A DNA stretch of 64,000 nt from Candidatus Terraquivivens tengchongensis (GTDB taxonomy: Archaea > Thermoproteota > Nitrososphaeria_A > Caldarchaeales > Wolframiiraptoraceae), in NCBI GenBank assembly GCA_023261845.1, contig JALNJZ010000001.1, positions 160,001 through 224,000 of the forward strand, given 5' to 3'. A model generated the notes under the pieces. The model was not told where the DNA came from and made no database searches. It saw only the letters and a list, made by a program, of their open reading frames with translations. Every line of letters begins with the position of its first letter. The stretch's first letter is position 1. Both the position numbers and the translations under genes were made by a program. Below are positions 29,356 through 40,182 of this stretch, piece after piece.

Positions 29356-32298
29356 ATGTTGGCGCTATCACCTGAAAAAGTTGCTTCAGACTTGCGAAAG
29401 CGAATATCTGGTGATGTATTATCAGAAGCTTGGCAAAGAGCACTTTACGCATCAGACGCTAGTTCATATTTCATAATGCCCCTTTGTGTTGTGCTCCCAA
29501 AGTCGAAAGATGACGTTATAGAGGTCGTAAAGTATGCTTCTGAAAATGGAATACCCTTGACTGCGAGAGGCGGTGGTAGTAGCCTTCTGGGCCAATCAGT
29601 TGGTGAGGGCATAATTATTGACTTTTCCAAATATATGAACAGGGTTCTAGAAATAAACCCTGATGAAAACTATGTGATTGTAGAGCCGGGCATCTACAAA
29701 TCTGTACTTGATAAGATCCTTGCGAAGTATGGTAAGATGTTTCCACCAGACCCCTCAAGTTCTGACTTCTGCACAATTGGTGGCATGATATCAACAAATG
29801 CTGCAGGCGCTCACACAGTAAAGTACGGCACCACAATTGATTATATAATATCCCTTGAGGTTGTTTTGAGCTCAGGTGAGGTAATAAGATGTAGAAGACT
29901 TAAAACAGATTCTGAAGAATGGAAAAAACTCATTTCAGAAAATATGCACGAAGCTAGAATATATGAAGGTCTAAGGAAGTTATTGGAAGAACATGATGAG
30001 TTAATACGAGAAAGGTTCCCAAAGTTGAGCAAGAATTCATCCGGTTACAGACTTGACAAAGTATTCAACGATGGCTTCATAGATTTAGGGAAACTCTTTG
30101 CTGCCTCTGAAGGTACGCTTGGTATAATAGTTTCCGCTAAACTGAGAATTGTTAATAAGCCTAAACATACAGCGCTGGTACTCCTGAACTTTGATGATCT
30201 TCACAAGGCTGGTGCAGCAGTCCAAGAGGTGCTTAAGCTTAAGCCTTCGGCCATCGAAATGGTGGATAGGAGCCTCATAGATTCTTCAAGAAACCTATAT
30301 CCAGAAATAAACGAATTTATACCGAAAAACACAACGGCGTCATTATACATTGAATTTGAGGGTGACGATTTAGGAGAGATTGAAAAGAGCATATCCGAAC
30401 TAGAGGAGTTTCTTAAGAATAAAAACTTAGTGGTCAGTAGTTTTAGAGCATTTGACCTGGCCGGTATGAAGAAGCTTTGGTCTGTAAGGAAGAAGAGTCT
30501 TGGTTTCGCTTACAAATTCAAGCAAGACGGGAAGAGTGCAAACTTTACGTTCATAGAAGACTTAGTAGTTCCGCCGGATAGATTGGCAGAACTTGTGGAC
30601 TCCGTCAGTAAAATATTGAAGAAGCATAACCTTAACTTCCTTATATCAGGTCACGCAGGGGATGGGAACGTTCACTTAAGACCTCTATTGAACCTTAACG
30701 ATAAGAAGGACTTTGACCTTATACCGATTGTTGCGTCTGAGGTGTTTGAACTTACAAAGAGCCTTGGCGGAAGCATAAGCGGTGAGCACGGTGACGGAAT
30801 GATTAGGGCGAAATACTTAAGGCTCCAGTATGGCGAAGAGCTTCTGAAAGTATTTTTGGACATAAAGCGCCTCTTAGACCCTGCTAATATAATGAATCCT
30901 GGGAAGAAGCTTGGCTTAAATGATATAAAACTTGAGGGGTTAAGGACAAGACCAGACATACGTTTGAGGGAGTTTAAGACACAATTGCTTTGGGACGGAA
31001 AGACAAGTAGTATCAGGAAGTTACTAAGCGGCTACGACAAAAAACCTTCCTTAGTAGAGGAGGTGGAGTTATGTGTAGGATGCGGTTTATGCAAAGGTGG
31101 CGCACTTGTTGGTACAAGCCGTATGTGTCCCATCTTTGCAGCACTAGGCGATGAGGTTGATAGTTGTAGAGGTAGGATAAACTTGTTGAGGTGGCTTCTT
31201 AGAACCGAGAACTCGCCTGAGAAGTTTATTTCTTCAGAGGTATATAAAGAGGTTGTCTACGAGCATTGCATACAATGTCGGATGTGTCTCCTTGAATGTA
31301 CCGCCAACGTTGATGTAGGTAAGATTATGGCTGAGATGCGGGCATGGTATTCAAGCGTCAAGGGTATACCTAAGGGGTACAGGTATTTTATAGAAATAGA
31401 TAAATACGCAAGGATTGGCTCAATGTTCGCTCCTATCTCAAATTGGATGATGAAGAGCAAATTCTTTAGGATTTTAGCGGAATACTTCATTGGGCTGGAT
31501 AGAAACAGAAATCTCCCACCGTTTCATAGAAAAACTTTCAAGAAAATGTTTGAAGAGTACAGCAAGACGCATAATACAAATGGCAATAAACGCGTCGTTT
31601 TCTTCTATGATACATACATCAACTATAATGATCCGGAACTTGGAATCGCTATAGTTAAAATCCTTGAACTTAACGGTTTTCAGGTAATCGCACCCCCGCA
31701 ACTTTCCAGCGGTCTACCAGCAATTAACGAAGGCGCTCCCTCTATAGGCAGGAAAATTGCTGAATTTAACGTTATGAATCTTGCACCGTATGCTAGAAAC
31801 GGCATTCCGATAGTATGTTTCTCACCCGCGGCAAGTCTTGCATTAAAGCATGAATATCTTGACCTACTTGATACAGACGATGCCCACGTAGTTTCAGAGA
31901 ACACATATGATATTCATGAATTCTTGTATAAACTTTATGAGGACGGTATGCTTAACAGAAACTTTCGTAGAGTACAAGAAGATGCTCATGTTCACCTTCA
32001 TTGTCATACGCTCGTCCAGTGTATAAAGGACAAGGTTCTGGGAGTATTAGAACTCGTACCTGGCCTATCCATCTCAGAGCTTGAAGAAGGATGCTGCGGT
32101 TCTGGGGGCGCTTTCAGCTTTGTCAAAGGAAACTTTGAGAAGTCACTTAAGATTGGCTCTAGATTGTTTGAGGCTGTTAAGCAAAGTCATAGGCCGGTAT
32201 ATACGACGGGTGAACTCTGCAGACTTCAGATAGAGGCAGGTTCTGGAAAGAAGATAGGCTTAACCATTGACATCCTTAGGAAAGCCTACGGTGTTTAA
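29356..32298 (+). CDS. FAD-binding oxidoreductase fused to Fe-S/CCG domains (GlcD/GlpC-like)
   Basis: RGGGSSL, GHAGDGNVH, SGEHGDG, CVGCGLC, CIQCRMC, CCG. Confidence 0.9.
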   Translation: MLALSPEKVASDLRKRISGDVLSEAWQRALYASDASSYFIMPLCVVLPKSKDDVIEVVKYASENGIPLTARGGGSSLLGQSVGEGIIIDFSKYMNRVLEINPDENYVIVEPGIYKSVLDKILAKYGKMFPPDPSSSDFCTIGGMISTNAAGAHTVKYGTTIDYIISLEVVLSSGEVIRCRRLKTDSEEWKKLISENMHEARIYEGLRKLLEEHDELIRERFPKLSKNSSGYRLDKVFNDGFIDLGKLFAASEGTLGIIVSAKLRIVNKPKHTALVLLNFDDLHKAGAAVQEVLKLKPSAIEMVDRSLIDSSRNLYPEINEFIPKNTTASLYIEFEGDDLGEIEKSISELEEFLKNKNLVVSSFRAFDLAGMKKLWSVRKKSLGFAYKFKQDGKSANFTFIEDLVVPPDRLAELVDSVSKILKKHNLNFLISGHAGDGNVHLRPLLNLNDKKDFDLIPIVASEVFELTKSLGGSISGEHGDGMIRAKYLRLQYGEELLKVFLDIKRLLDPANIMNPGKKLGLNDIKLEGLRTRPDIRLREFKTQLLWDGKTSSIRKLLSGYDKKPSLVEEVELCVGCGLCKGGALVGTSRMCPIFAALGDEVDSCRGRINLLRWLLRTENSPEKFISSEVYKEVVYEHCIQCRMCLLECTANVDVGKIMAEMRAWYSSVKGIPKGYRYFIEIDKYARIGSMFAPISNWMMKSKFFRILAEYFIGLDRNRNLPPFHRKTFKKMFEEYSKTHNTNGNKRVVFFYDTYINYNDPELGIAIVKILELNGFQVIAPPQLSSGLPAINEGAPSIGRKIAEFNVMNLAPYARNGIPIVCFSPAASLALKHEYLDLLDTDDAHVVSENTYDIHEFLYKLYEDGMLNRNFRRVQEDAHVHLHCHTLVQCIKDKVLGVLELVPGLSISELEEGCCGSGGAFSFVKGNFEKSLKIGSRLFEAVKQSHRPVYTTGELCRLQIEAGSGKKIGLTIDILRKAYGV

Positions 32299-32418
32299 TA
32301 ACGACTTTTCAGACTTTATCAAAGAGATTAAACGCTTTACTGTCGCAGAAATTGTAGATATGTCAAAATGATCACTCATAAGCTATATAAGTAAGAGGTG
32401 CCCTTTAAGAATTAGGTC

Positions 32419-33495
32419 ATGGCTATTAAGGCTACAGGAAAAGAGGCTCAACTGTTTGAGAAGTTACCTTCTGGCAGAATAAAGTGTAAAGCCTGTGCGA
32501 GGTATTGTCAAATAGGTGAAGGGAAGATAGGGTTCTGTGGTATAAGGGGCGTAGTTGACGGGAAGTTATACCTTTTTGTTTATGGGAGAATAATTACTGC
32601 ACACGTTGATCCGATAGAGAAGAAGCCAGTTATGCATTTCATGCCCGGAAGCAGAGTCTTCTCGATAGCCACTACCGGCTGTTCTTGGATGTGTGCCTAC
32701 TGCCAAAACTTTGACATAAGCCAAAGGCGTAAGGTAGAGGGCACCGAAGTGACGCCTGAGAAGGTCGTGGAGTTAGCTCTTAAGTACAAGAGCCATGGCA
32801 TAGCGTATACGTACAATGAACCAATAATATTCATTGAATTTGCACATGATATCGGTGTACTGGCAAGAGAACGTGGTCTTTTTAACGTCTTCGTGTCAAA
32901 CGGCTATGGTACACCTGAAAGTGTTGCTATGATGCAAGATTTCCTCGACTGCATAACCGTAGATTTCAAAGGAAACGGTGAGAGAGATTTTCTTAGACGA
33001 TACGTTGGGATACCTGAGCCGGATCCGATTTTTCAAACATTGTTAGAAATCAAAAGAAAGACTAAGACACATATAGAGATAACTGATTTGATCGTACCTG
33101 AAGTGGGTGAAGATCTCAATGCTGCAAGAAAGCTTTGTAAATGGATATATGAGAACCTAGGACCTGATACGCCCATACACTTCCTTCGCTTCCACCCGGA
33201 TTACAAGCTGATGCACTTACCTTGGACATCGATCGAGACGCTTGAAAAGCACTGCCAGATTGCAAAAGAGGAGGGGTTGAGGTACGTCTACATCGGAAAC
33301 GTTCCTGGACATCCGCTTGAGCACACTTACTGTCCTGAATGTGGGAGCATAGTTGTTGAGAGGTACGGATTTGATATAGTGAGTTGGAACATGGATGAGA
33401 AGAACAGATGTCTGAACTGCGGCTATACCATAGCGATCGTTGGAAATCTGAATCCTGCATCAAAAGAAAAACGCTTTGTTCCAGTATTCTGGTAG
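32419..33495 (+). CDS. amrS: AmmeMemoRadiSam system radical SAM enzyme
   Basis: [45 protein letters not shown]. Confidence 0.9.
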   Translation: MAIKATGKEAQLFEKLPSGRIKCKACARYCQIGEGKIGFCGIRGVVDGKLYLFVYGRIITAHVDPIEKKPVMHFMPGSRVFSIATTGCSWMCAYCQNFDISQRRKVEGTEVTPEKVVELALKYKSHGIAYTYNEPIIFIEFAHDIGVLARERGLFNVFVSNGYGTPESVAMMQDFLDCITVDFKGNGERDFLRRYVGIPEPDPIFQTLLEIKRKTKTHIEITDLIVPEVGEDLNAARKLCKWIYENLGPDTPIHFLRFHPDYKLMHLPWTSIETLEKHCQIAKEEGLRYVYIGNVPGHPLEHTYCPECGSIVVERYGFDIVSWNMDEKNRCLNCGYTIAIVGNLNPASKEKRFVPVFW

Positions 33496-33497
33496 AA

Positions 33498-34904
33498 TTA
33501 AACTAGATATTTGGCATCTACGAGGCCTACTTTAGCCGTGAATAGTGACCATCCCATTAGTATTATGGAAATGCCGAACAGCAGAGCAGCGTCATAATAA
33601 TTCTCCGATAAATGACTCATTATACCAAATCCACCCAACACAAGGGCGAAGACTAGCAGAAGGCACGCTATCCACCAAACATTTTTTAATATAACTCTTA
33701 CTGCATATGATGGGTTGTTGCCTAACTGTTGTTTTTGTATTTTCTTTGGTGGAATGGGCTTTGATGTAAGCCTAACTCCAACGTAACCCAGAACGAGTGC
33801 GACCGCTATGGTGAGAAGCAAAGCATTGAGTAAAGGAATCTGCTCACCCGGTGTAAGCTGACCGTATAAGAAAAGTACAATATACTCGCCCACGAATATC
33901 AGACCATACGTTGTCGCTATCCTCCTATTCATCGGATGCCTAGAGTAGAGTGGATCAACCCAAGGCATAATGACGAGTATTAATAACCCTATGCTAGGTA
34001 TGACAAGGCCCGCCAACACAGGGTCTATTCCTGTCTTTATCAAGGCATACATGGCCATTAAGTACCATTCGGGCTGTCCGACCGGAAGTTCCTCACCAAA
34101 GACAAACTTGAAACCGAGTTCTGGTGGAAACACCGCTGAGAAAGTCATTAATGTTCCTATAGTCACCACAGCGGCCGCTAATTCCGTGAGTAGAAAGTTA
34201 GGGTAGAAAGGTATCACAGGCTCTGGCTCGCTACCGTCATATGGTGGCGAGATGTGATGGGCATGTATCATATAAAAGTGGAGCAAAAGGGCTATAGCGA
34301 GAAGACCTGCTACCCCTATGTGGAGAGCAAGAAATCGAGGAATTACTTCATCGAATGAACCTGAACCGAATATGAGAGAGTATAGCCAATTTCCGCCAGG
34401 TAGCTGGAGTACAAGGAACTGACCTATTCTAATAGCCTCCACGGATATATGGTCCATGCGGAGTGAATAACCAAGGAACGCTGAGGCTATCGAGAGTAAA
34501 CCAGCCACTATCCCAATGACATAAGTAAGCTCCCTCGGTTTTGCATAAGCACCAGTAAAGTAAACCCTGAGGAAGTGCAGCATAGATAGTAATATCATGA
34601 GTGTTGCAGCATAACTATGAATTCCCCTCACCACAAAACCGTAAGGAACAGACTCTGTGAAATGTCTGACACTTTCGTATGCAATGTTCTCCTCACCGAA
34701 GGCTGGAACATAGAACATCAGCTGGATTATTCCCGTAAATGCTAGCAGGAAGAACATAAGTGATGCAAGGCCACCAAAGCTGTACATTGGATGGAGTGCG
34801 TGCCGTGGTATGATTATTTTCGTGAACTCACTGGCACCGGTTCTTTCTATTAACCATCTGACAAACTTTTTGATGCAACTTTCCTCAGACCCAGCCCTCT
34901 GCAT
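33498..34904 (-). CDS. Cytochrome b subunit of a bc-type complex
   Basis: RGIHSYAA, LHFLRV, PRELT, PEWY motif. Confidence 0.92.
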   Translation of the reverse strand: MQRAGSEESCIKKFVRWLIERTGASEFTKIIIPRHALHPMYSFGGLASLMFFLLAFTGIIQLMFYVPAFGEENIAYESVRHFTESVPYGFVVRGIHSYAATLMILLSMLHFLRVYFTGAYAKPRELTYVIGIVAGLLSIASAFLGYSLRMDHISVEAIRIGQFLVLQLPGGNWLYSLIFGSGSFDEVIPRFLALHIGVAGLLAIALLLHFYMIHAHHISPPYDGSEPEPVIPFYPNFLLTELAAAVVTIGTLMTFSAVFPPELGFKFVFGEELPVGQPEWYLMAMYALIKTGIDPVLAGLVIPSIGLLILVIMPWVDPLYSRHPMNRRIATTYGLIFVGEYIVLFLYGQLTPGEQIPLLNALLLTIAVALVLGYVGVRLTSKPIPPKKIQKQQLGNNPSYAVRVILKNVWWIACLLLVFALVLGGFGIMSHLSENYYDAALLFGISIILMGWSLFTAKVGLVDAKYLV

Positions 34905-35556
34905 ATATATCACCATTCTCGTCAATGCGTAATTTTACTTCAGGTAGAGGTTTTTTTGGAGGTCCACTTATGGCTTTTCCGTTTGTAGGGTCGAAATATC
35001 CCGCATGGCATGGACAGAATAGCGCATCTTCTTCGCTTTTGTAACTGACTATACAGCCAAGATGCGTGCACACGGCGCTGTATGCCACAAATTCCTTGCC
35101 TACTAACGCAGCCTTATCCTCAGGAAGGTGTATTAGGACTGCTGGATGCTGGCCTGGTGAGCCGTCCGGATTTCGTCGTAACACAAAATAAATCTGAGAA
35201 TCTGGAGGTATCTCTGTAATGTTTGCAATCTTGGGTGGAGTTTCTTGACCTGAGGAAATCTCGCCAGTAACTATTGTGCCCTTCCTGAGAAGTTCAAGCA
35301 ACGGTAGTAAAAGTTGAACTACGATACCAGCCAAGGTTAGCGCAAAAATCTTGACTAAGAAATTTCTCCTATTATTTACACGTTCGTTGTTATCAGGATT
35401 ATTATGTTTCGGTTTTAAGGACTTGATGTAAAAATAGTAGATTATCGTACTGATACCAACAACAAGTACCAGAAATAACAAAATGCCTAAACTCTTTAAA
35501 TTCGTTAAAGAGAGTGCGGCAAGTAAATTTGTTAAGAGGTACCTTATGATGTTCAC
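34885..35556 (-). CDS. Rieske [2Fe-2S] protein
   Basis: CTHLGC, CPCHAG, Tat-like NRRNFL. Confidence 0.92.
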   Translation of the reverse strand: MNIIRYLLTNLLAALSLTNLKSLGILLFLVLVVGISTIIYYFYIKSLKPKHNNPDNNERVNNRRNFLVKIFALTLAGIVVQLLLPLLELLRKGTIVTGEISSGQETPPKIANITEIPPDSQIYFVLRRNPDGSPGQHPAVLIHLPEDKAALVGKEFVAYSAVCTHLGCIVSYKSEEDALFCPCHAGYFDPTNGKAISGPPKKPLPEVKLRIDENGDIYAEGWV

Positions 35557-35664
35557 GTGCCTACTTTTTTATTAAGTAAAACATAAATGTTTTTTTAAAA
35601 AACGCTATAATAAAAAATGTTAAATCAGGGTGGTCTATATCTTCAAAGATGTAGGGCGACTATC

Positions 35665-37377
35665 ATGCTCGATAAGCTGGAGGCCGACGTTCTGATTATA
35701 GGTTCTGGTCTCGCCGGCCTTAGAGCTGCTATAGAAGCTGCGAGTACCGATAATGATATCCAGGTGGCCGTGCTTACAAAGGTCCATGCAATGCGCTCGC
35801 ACTCCGTAGCATATGCTGGCGGCACGGCCGCGGTCCTATATCCCGAAGAGGGGGATAGCTTTGATCTACATGCATTTGACACGGTAAAAGGTTCCGATTA
35901 CCTCGGAGACCAAGATGCGATTGAGTTAATGGTAAGAATCGCACCGCAGGAGATACTCAGGCTTGAACATTGGGGGATGCCTTGGAGCAGAAGGCTTGAT
36001 GGTAGAATCGCTCAGAGACCCTTCGGAGGGCATAGCTTCGATAGAGCATGTTTCGCTGCAGATAAAACAGGCCTTTATGCCATGCAGACCTTGTACAATA
36101 CAACGCATAAGTACGATAATATAGAGATATTCCATGAATGGTATGTTACATCTTTACTAGTAGAAGATGGAGAGTTCAAAGGTGTGACGGCCATAGATAT
36201 GAAGAACGGCGAACTGCATGCCTTTAAAGCTAAGGCTGGGATAATCGCGACAGGCGGTGCTGGCAGACTTTACTCCTTCACAACATATGGACATTCAGCG
36301 ACTGCTGATGGTCTAGCTATGGCGTACAGAGTTGGGATCCCACTGAAAGACATGGAATTCATTCAGTTCCATCCGACTGGCCTTGTTCCACAAGGCATAC
36401 TAATATCTGAGGCGGCGAGGGGCGAGGGGGGATATCTTAGAAACAACAAAGGCGAAAGGTTCATGAAGAATTACGCGCCTCAGAAGATGGAGCTAGCACC
36501 AAGAGACATAGTGTCTAGGGCCATGATGAAGGAGATATTAGAAGGCAGAGGTTTTCCAGGCCCAAACGGTTTAGACTATGTCTACCTCGATCTTACACAC
36601 CTTGGTGAAGAAGTGATAGATGAGAAACTTACTGAGATAAAGATGATGGCCATTAAGTTTGGTGGCCTAGACCCTATTAAAGAACCGATACCTGTTAGAC
36701 CCGTAGCCCATTACACGATGGGGGGTATTCATACGGACACGTATGGTAGGACGCCAATTCGAGGACTGTTCGCGGCTGGCGAAGCAGCATGTGTCAGCGT
36801 ACATGGTGCGAACAGGCTCGGATGCAACTCTACAATGGAATGTCTTGTGTATGGGTATCTGACTGGTAGACAAGCGGCTGAATACGTGAAAGAGAAAGGT
36901 GAAAGTAATCCATCACTGGAACTCATACTGGCGGAAGAGAAGAGGATATTCGATGGTATACTGAGAGGCGGTAGTGGCGAAGATCCATATATGATCAAGA
37001 GAGAGTTGCAAAACACTATGTCAAAGCACGCCTACGTCTTTAGAGATGGCGAAGGGCTGAGCGAGGCGTTGAAAAAAGTCAGAGAACTCAAACAAAGGTT
37101 CGGTACAGGACATGTAGTAGATAAAAGCCGCAGGTTCAATCAGAACCTGATAAATGTCCTTGAGGTCGATATGATGCTTGAAGTTGCGGAAGTCGTGCTC
37201 GTATCAGCCATAGCTAGGACCGAAAGTAGGGGAGCGCATTATAGGCTTGACTATCCGAGAAGAGATGATGTGAATTGGCTTAAGCATACGTTAGCATATA
37301 GGACTGTAGACGGGCCTAAGCTTGATTACATACCAGTCAGGATTACGAAGTGGCCTCCAGCAGAGAGGAAGTATTAA
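35665..37377 (+). CDS. sdhA: Succinate dehydrogenase/fumarate reductase flavoprotein
   Basis: RSHSVAYAGG, QFHPTG, ELAPRD, HYTMGG, HGANRLG, ESRGAH. Confidence 0.96.
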   Translation: MLDKLEADVLIIGSGLAGLRAAIEAASTDNDIQVAVLTKVHAMRSHSVAYAGGTAAVLYPEEGDSFDLHAFDTVKGSDYLGDQDAIELMVRIAPQEILRLEHWGMPWSRRLDGRIAQRPFGGHSFDRACFAADKTGLYAMQTLYNTTHKYDNIEIFHEWYVTSLLVEDGEFKGVTAIDMKNGELHAFKAKAGIIATGGAGRLYSFTTYGHSATADGLAMAYRVGIPLKDMEFIQFHPTGLVPQGILISEAARGEGGYLRNNKGERFMKNYAPQKMELAPRDIVSRAMMKEILEGRGFPGPNGLDYVYLDLTHLGEEVIDEKLTEIKMMAIKFGGLDPIKEPIPVRPVAHYTMGGIHTDTYGRTPIRGLFAAGEAACVSVHGANRLGCNSTMECLVYGYLTGRQAAEYVKEKGESNPSLELILAEEKRIFDGILRGGSGEDPYMIKRELQNTMSKHAYVFRDGEGLSEALKKVRELKQRFGTGHVVDKSRRFNQNLINVLEVDMMLEVAEVVLVSAIARTESRGAHYRLDYPRRDDVNWLKHTLAYRTVDGPKLDYIPVRITKWPPAERKY

Positions 37378-37391
37378 GGAGGTGAAGATGT

Positions 37392-37784
37392 ATGGCAATT
37401 TATGAAGAGAATAGAGAGGGCGTGAGCGGATGGTTCAGGATAACGCGCTACTCTGTTGAAAGGGCTCTCTACGTCATACAAAGGTTGAGTGGGATAGGTA
37501 TCGTGATTTTTGCGTTCATTCATCTGTTGTATACGAGTTGGCATCCTGGTGGGTGGGGAGACGTTATTCTAGGAGTTCTCGTGACGTACCATACGCTAAA
37601 CGGACTCAGGCTCGTGCTGACTGAACATGGCTTCTTGATAGGAAAACCGACTAGGGCCGTATATCCGTACCGAAAAGGCACACTCTATGGTTCGCAAAGG
37701 TACCTCACGATGGCGATCCTTGCCCTATTCGTGATATTCGTCCTTATATGGTCTTATGTAGCTTTAGTGATACCGGCGGGGTGA
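37392..37784 (+). CDS. sdhC: Succinate dehydrogenase membrane anchor subunit C
   Basis: QRLSGIG, YHTLNGLR, in operon. Confidence 0.8.
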   Translation: MAIYEENREGVSGWFRITRYSVERALYVIQRLSGIGIVIFAFIHLLYTSWHPGGWGDVILGVLVTYHTLNGLRLVLTEHGFLIGKPTRAVYPYRKGTLYGSQRYLTMAILALFVIFVLIWSYVALVIPAG

Positions 37785-37788
37785 TCAG

Positions 37789-38109
37789 TTGAAGGAGTCC
37801 AAAAGAATGTTCATACATTATATCTCCGGTCTCATAATACTAATAACGGGATTCATTCATCTAATAGCGAATAACCTTCCAAGTATTGGCACAATTGTAC
37901 ATGAAAGCATCTTTTATCCTGTGAACCTTATCATCCTATTGTCAGCACTTTTGTACCACATGTTAAACGGTGTCAGGGTCATACTCATAGAAGTAATACC
38001 TGGCAAATGTGCTGCAAAGGCCATAACGTGGATAATGTTCTTGGTGGGCATAGCCCTATATATTTATGGTCTTCAAGTTTTCCTGAACTTATTCTGGCCA
38101 GTGGAGTGA
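37789..38109 (+). CDS. sdhD: Succinate dehydrogenase membrane anchor subunit D
   Basis: HYISG, YHMLNGVR, three TMs. Confidence 0.8.
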   Translation: MKESKRMFIHYISGLIILITGFIHLIANNLPSIGTIVHESIFYPVNLIILLSALLYHMLNGVRVILIEVIPGKCAAKAITWIMFLVGIALYIYGLQVFLNLFWPVE

Positions 38110-38115
38110 GTGTAA

Positions 38116-38931
38116 ATGTCAACTGATAAAGAAATTGAAGTAAAGTTCAGAATTTTCAGGTTCAATCCCAAGACGGACTTTGCACCAAGATGGCAAGAAT
38201 ATAATGTAAAAGTGGATAAGAGTACGACGGTTCTTGATGCTTTGCTTAAGATAAAGGAAGAACAGGATCCAACTCTGACCATTAGATATTCTTGTAGGCA
38301 AGCTGTCTGCGGTTCATGTGGCATGATGATTAACGACAAACAAATGCTTGCTTGTTTCACGAGAGTCCTTGAGCTTAATAGTAACATTATAAAAGTTGCA
38401 CCACTCAAGAACTACCGTATTGTCAAGGATCTTGTAACAGACTTTAGTGAACTTTTCCAAAAAGAAAGACAAGTGAAGCCCTATATAATCAGGCATGATT
38501 TCGAGGAGCTTTTGAACCCGACCGGTACATACAAGCAGACAGAGGAGGAGCTTTTAGGATATATTCAGTTTGCCGACTGTATAGAGTGCGGAATGTGTAA
38601 CTCTGCGTGTCCGGTCTCTGCAACAGACCCACTTTATCTTGGGCCAATGATTTTAAATAGGGCATACCGGTTTATCTCCGACCCTAGGGATCTCGGTTTT
38701 GAACAAAGGATCGAGGCCATAGATTCTGAGCACGGTTGTTGGAGGTGTCATTTCGCAGCTTCTTGCAGCACCGTGTGTCCTAAGGGCGTTGACCCTGCTA
38801 AGGCAATACAGCTTCTTAGAAGGCAGTTAGTTAAGAAGGCGGTGTTAGGTATTTCTAGTCCAAAGAAAGTGGAGTTAATACCTATGGCGCATGTAAAAGG
38901 CAAGCTCGAGCTTCCAAAGGGCTGGCAGTAG
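38116..38931 (+). CDS. sdhB: Succinate dehydrogenase iron-sulfur subunit
   Basis: SCRQAVCGSC, CIECGMCNSACP, CHFAASCSTVCP. Confidence 0.96.
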   Translation: MSTDKEIEVKFRIFRFNPKTDFAPRWQEYNVKVDKSTTVLDALLKIKEEQDPTLTIRYSCRQAVCGSCGMMINDKQMLACFTRVLELNSNIIKVAPLKNYRIVKDLVTDFSELFQKERQVKPYIIRHDFEELLNPTGTYKQTEEELLGYIQFADCIECGMCNSACPVSATDPLYLGPMILNRAYRFISDPRDLGFEQRIEAIDSEHGCWRCHFAASCSTVCPKGVDPAKAIQLLRRQLVKKAVLGISSPKKVELIPMAHVKGKLELPKGWQ

Positions 38932-38977
38932 GGCTTCCGTTATATTTTTTAGTTAGCCATATCTGGGATTGTCTAAG

Positions 38978-39238
38978 ATGGGCAAGGTAAGGACTAGGAA
39001 GGTCAAGAGGCTCGCCAGAGAGGTTTTAGAGCTTTACCGGGATAGGGTAAGCATGGATTTTGAAAAGAACAAACAACTCGTGCGGGAGATATTCGTGAGC
39101 GGAGTTTCTAAGAGGTTGGCGAACCGTATTGCTGGGTACATTACGTCGTTTATCAAACTACAGGCAAAAAAGGAGGCTGAATTGAAGGCAGAGAGCGCAA
39201 CAGCTCAAACTGATACTGCTTCCGAAAAACCAAAATAA
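38978..39238 (+). CDS. rps17e: 30S ribosomal protein S17e
   Basis: MGKVRT, DFEKNK, NRIAGYIT. Confidence 0.95.
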   Translation: MGKVRTRKVKRLAREVLELYRDRVSMDFEKNKQLVREIFVSGVSKRLANRIAGYITSFIKLQAKKEAELKAESATAQTDTASEKPK

Positions 39239-39257
39239 GACCTGTATAGTTTTTAGT

Positions 39258-39320
39258 GTGTGATGAGGCTGACCTGCACCGAGAGCGCAAGCTCTATGAA
39301 GAGCATACGCCTCACTGAAA
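39258..39320 (+). ncRNA. C/D box sRNA
   Basis: Box C GTGATGA, 12-nt guide GGCTGACCTGCA, D' CCGA, GAGC-GCAA-GCTC hairpin, C' ATGAAGA, 12-nt guide GCATACGCCTCA, box D CTGA. Confidence 0.8.
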
Positions 39321-39347
39321 TCCAACACTTATAGCGGTGTAGTTCCG

Positions 39348-39614
39348 ATGAAGGTGGAGTTGATAGGACATCTGAAGTCTGTTGTTGGTAAAGATGTGCT
39401 CGAGCTTAAGATAGAGGGTAATGTGCCGCTCTTGGAGGTACTAAAAATACTTCCCAAAGAATTAAAAGATATTTTGCTGAAAGATGGAAAGCTTAGGCCG
39501 GGCTTCCTCCTACTCCTTAATGGTTCAGACATTCGCTCGCTCAATAAGGATGTAAAGACGATAGTCCTAGATGGGGATGTGCTAACCATAATACCTATAA
39601 TACATGGTGGCTAG
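39348..39614 (+). CDS. MoaD/ThiS/SAMP (Urm1-like) ubiquitin-fold protein
   Basis: LRPGFLLLLNG..DGDVLTIIPIIHGG, C-terminal GG. Confidence 0.88.
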   Translation: MKVELIGHLKSVVGKDVLELKIEGNVPLLEVLKILPKELKDILLKDGKLRPGFLLLLNGSDIRSLNKDVKTIVLDGDVLTIIPIIHGG

Positions 39615-40182
39615 TTTGAGCCACTTTATGGCCACATCTGATTTACTTGTCGGAGTCTACGAAACCAAGATAGAAAGGCAGAACTTGAGAACACTTCTAG
39701 AAAAATTAAATGAGGTTTACGAATTGTTAAGACCATCTATTTGTCAGTTTTTCAACGCTGATAGAGTAATATCTGCTCTTTATGTAACCGCTGCAGTAAC
39801 TGCAGCGATAATAGCATGGGAATCTAAAATGAACATTGCCAAACGACTTGAGGTAGAATTTCTTGTTAGGTTATCAGCCCAAGATCAAATAAGCAGGGCG
39901 ATAGAACTTGTAGGCATATCTTATGAGACTGAAAGGATTGGTGTCTGCATCGTATCAAAGAGTGTGGAAAGTCTCGAGATGGCAAAATCACGGCTTGAGG
40001 CATTATTGGGTTGTAAATTGATACCATTTGTTGATAACCGGAGCACTTATATACTTAATGAATTGTCAAAAATTTATGATGTACCTGAGCAGGCCTTGAA
40101 GCTCATTCAAGCCGATAGTGAATTCAAGGCCCTTGAGCTTTTTTTAATAGAGAAAATTGCAATCTCACTCATATCCAGATGA
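39604..40182 (+). CDS. cgi121: KEOPS complex subunit Cgi121
   Basis: QFFNADRV, NIAKRLEVEFLVRLSAQDQISRAIELVG. Confidence 0.8.
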   Translation: MVASLSHFMATSDLLVGVYETKIERQNLRTLLEKLNEVYELLRPSICQFFNADRVISALYVTAAVTAAIIAWESKMNIAKRLEVEFLVRLSAQDQISRAIELVGISYETERIGVCIVSKSVESLEMAKSRLEALLGCKLIPFVDNRSTYILNELSKIYDVPEQALKLIQADSEFKALELFLIEKIAISLISR

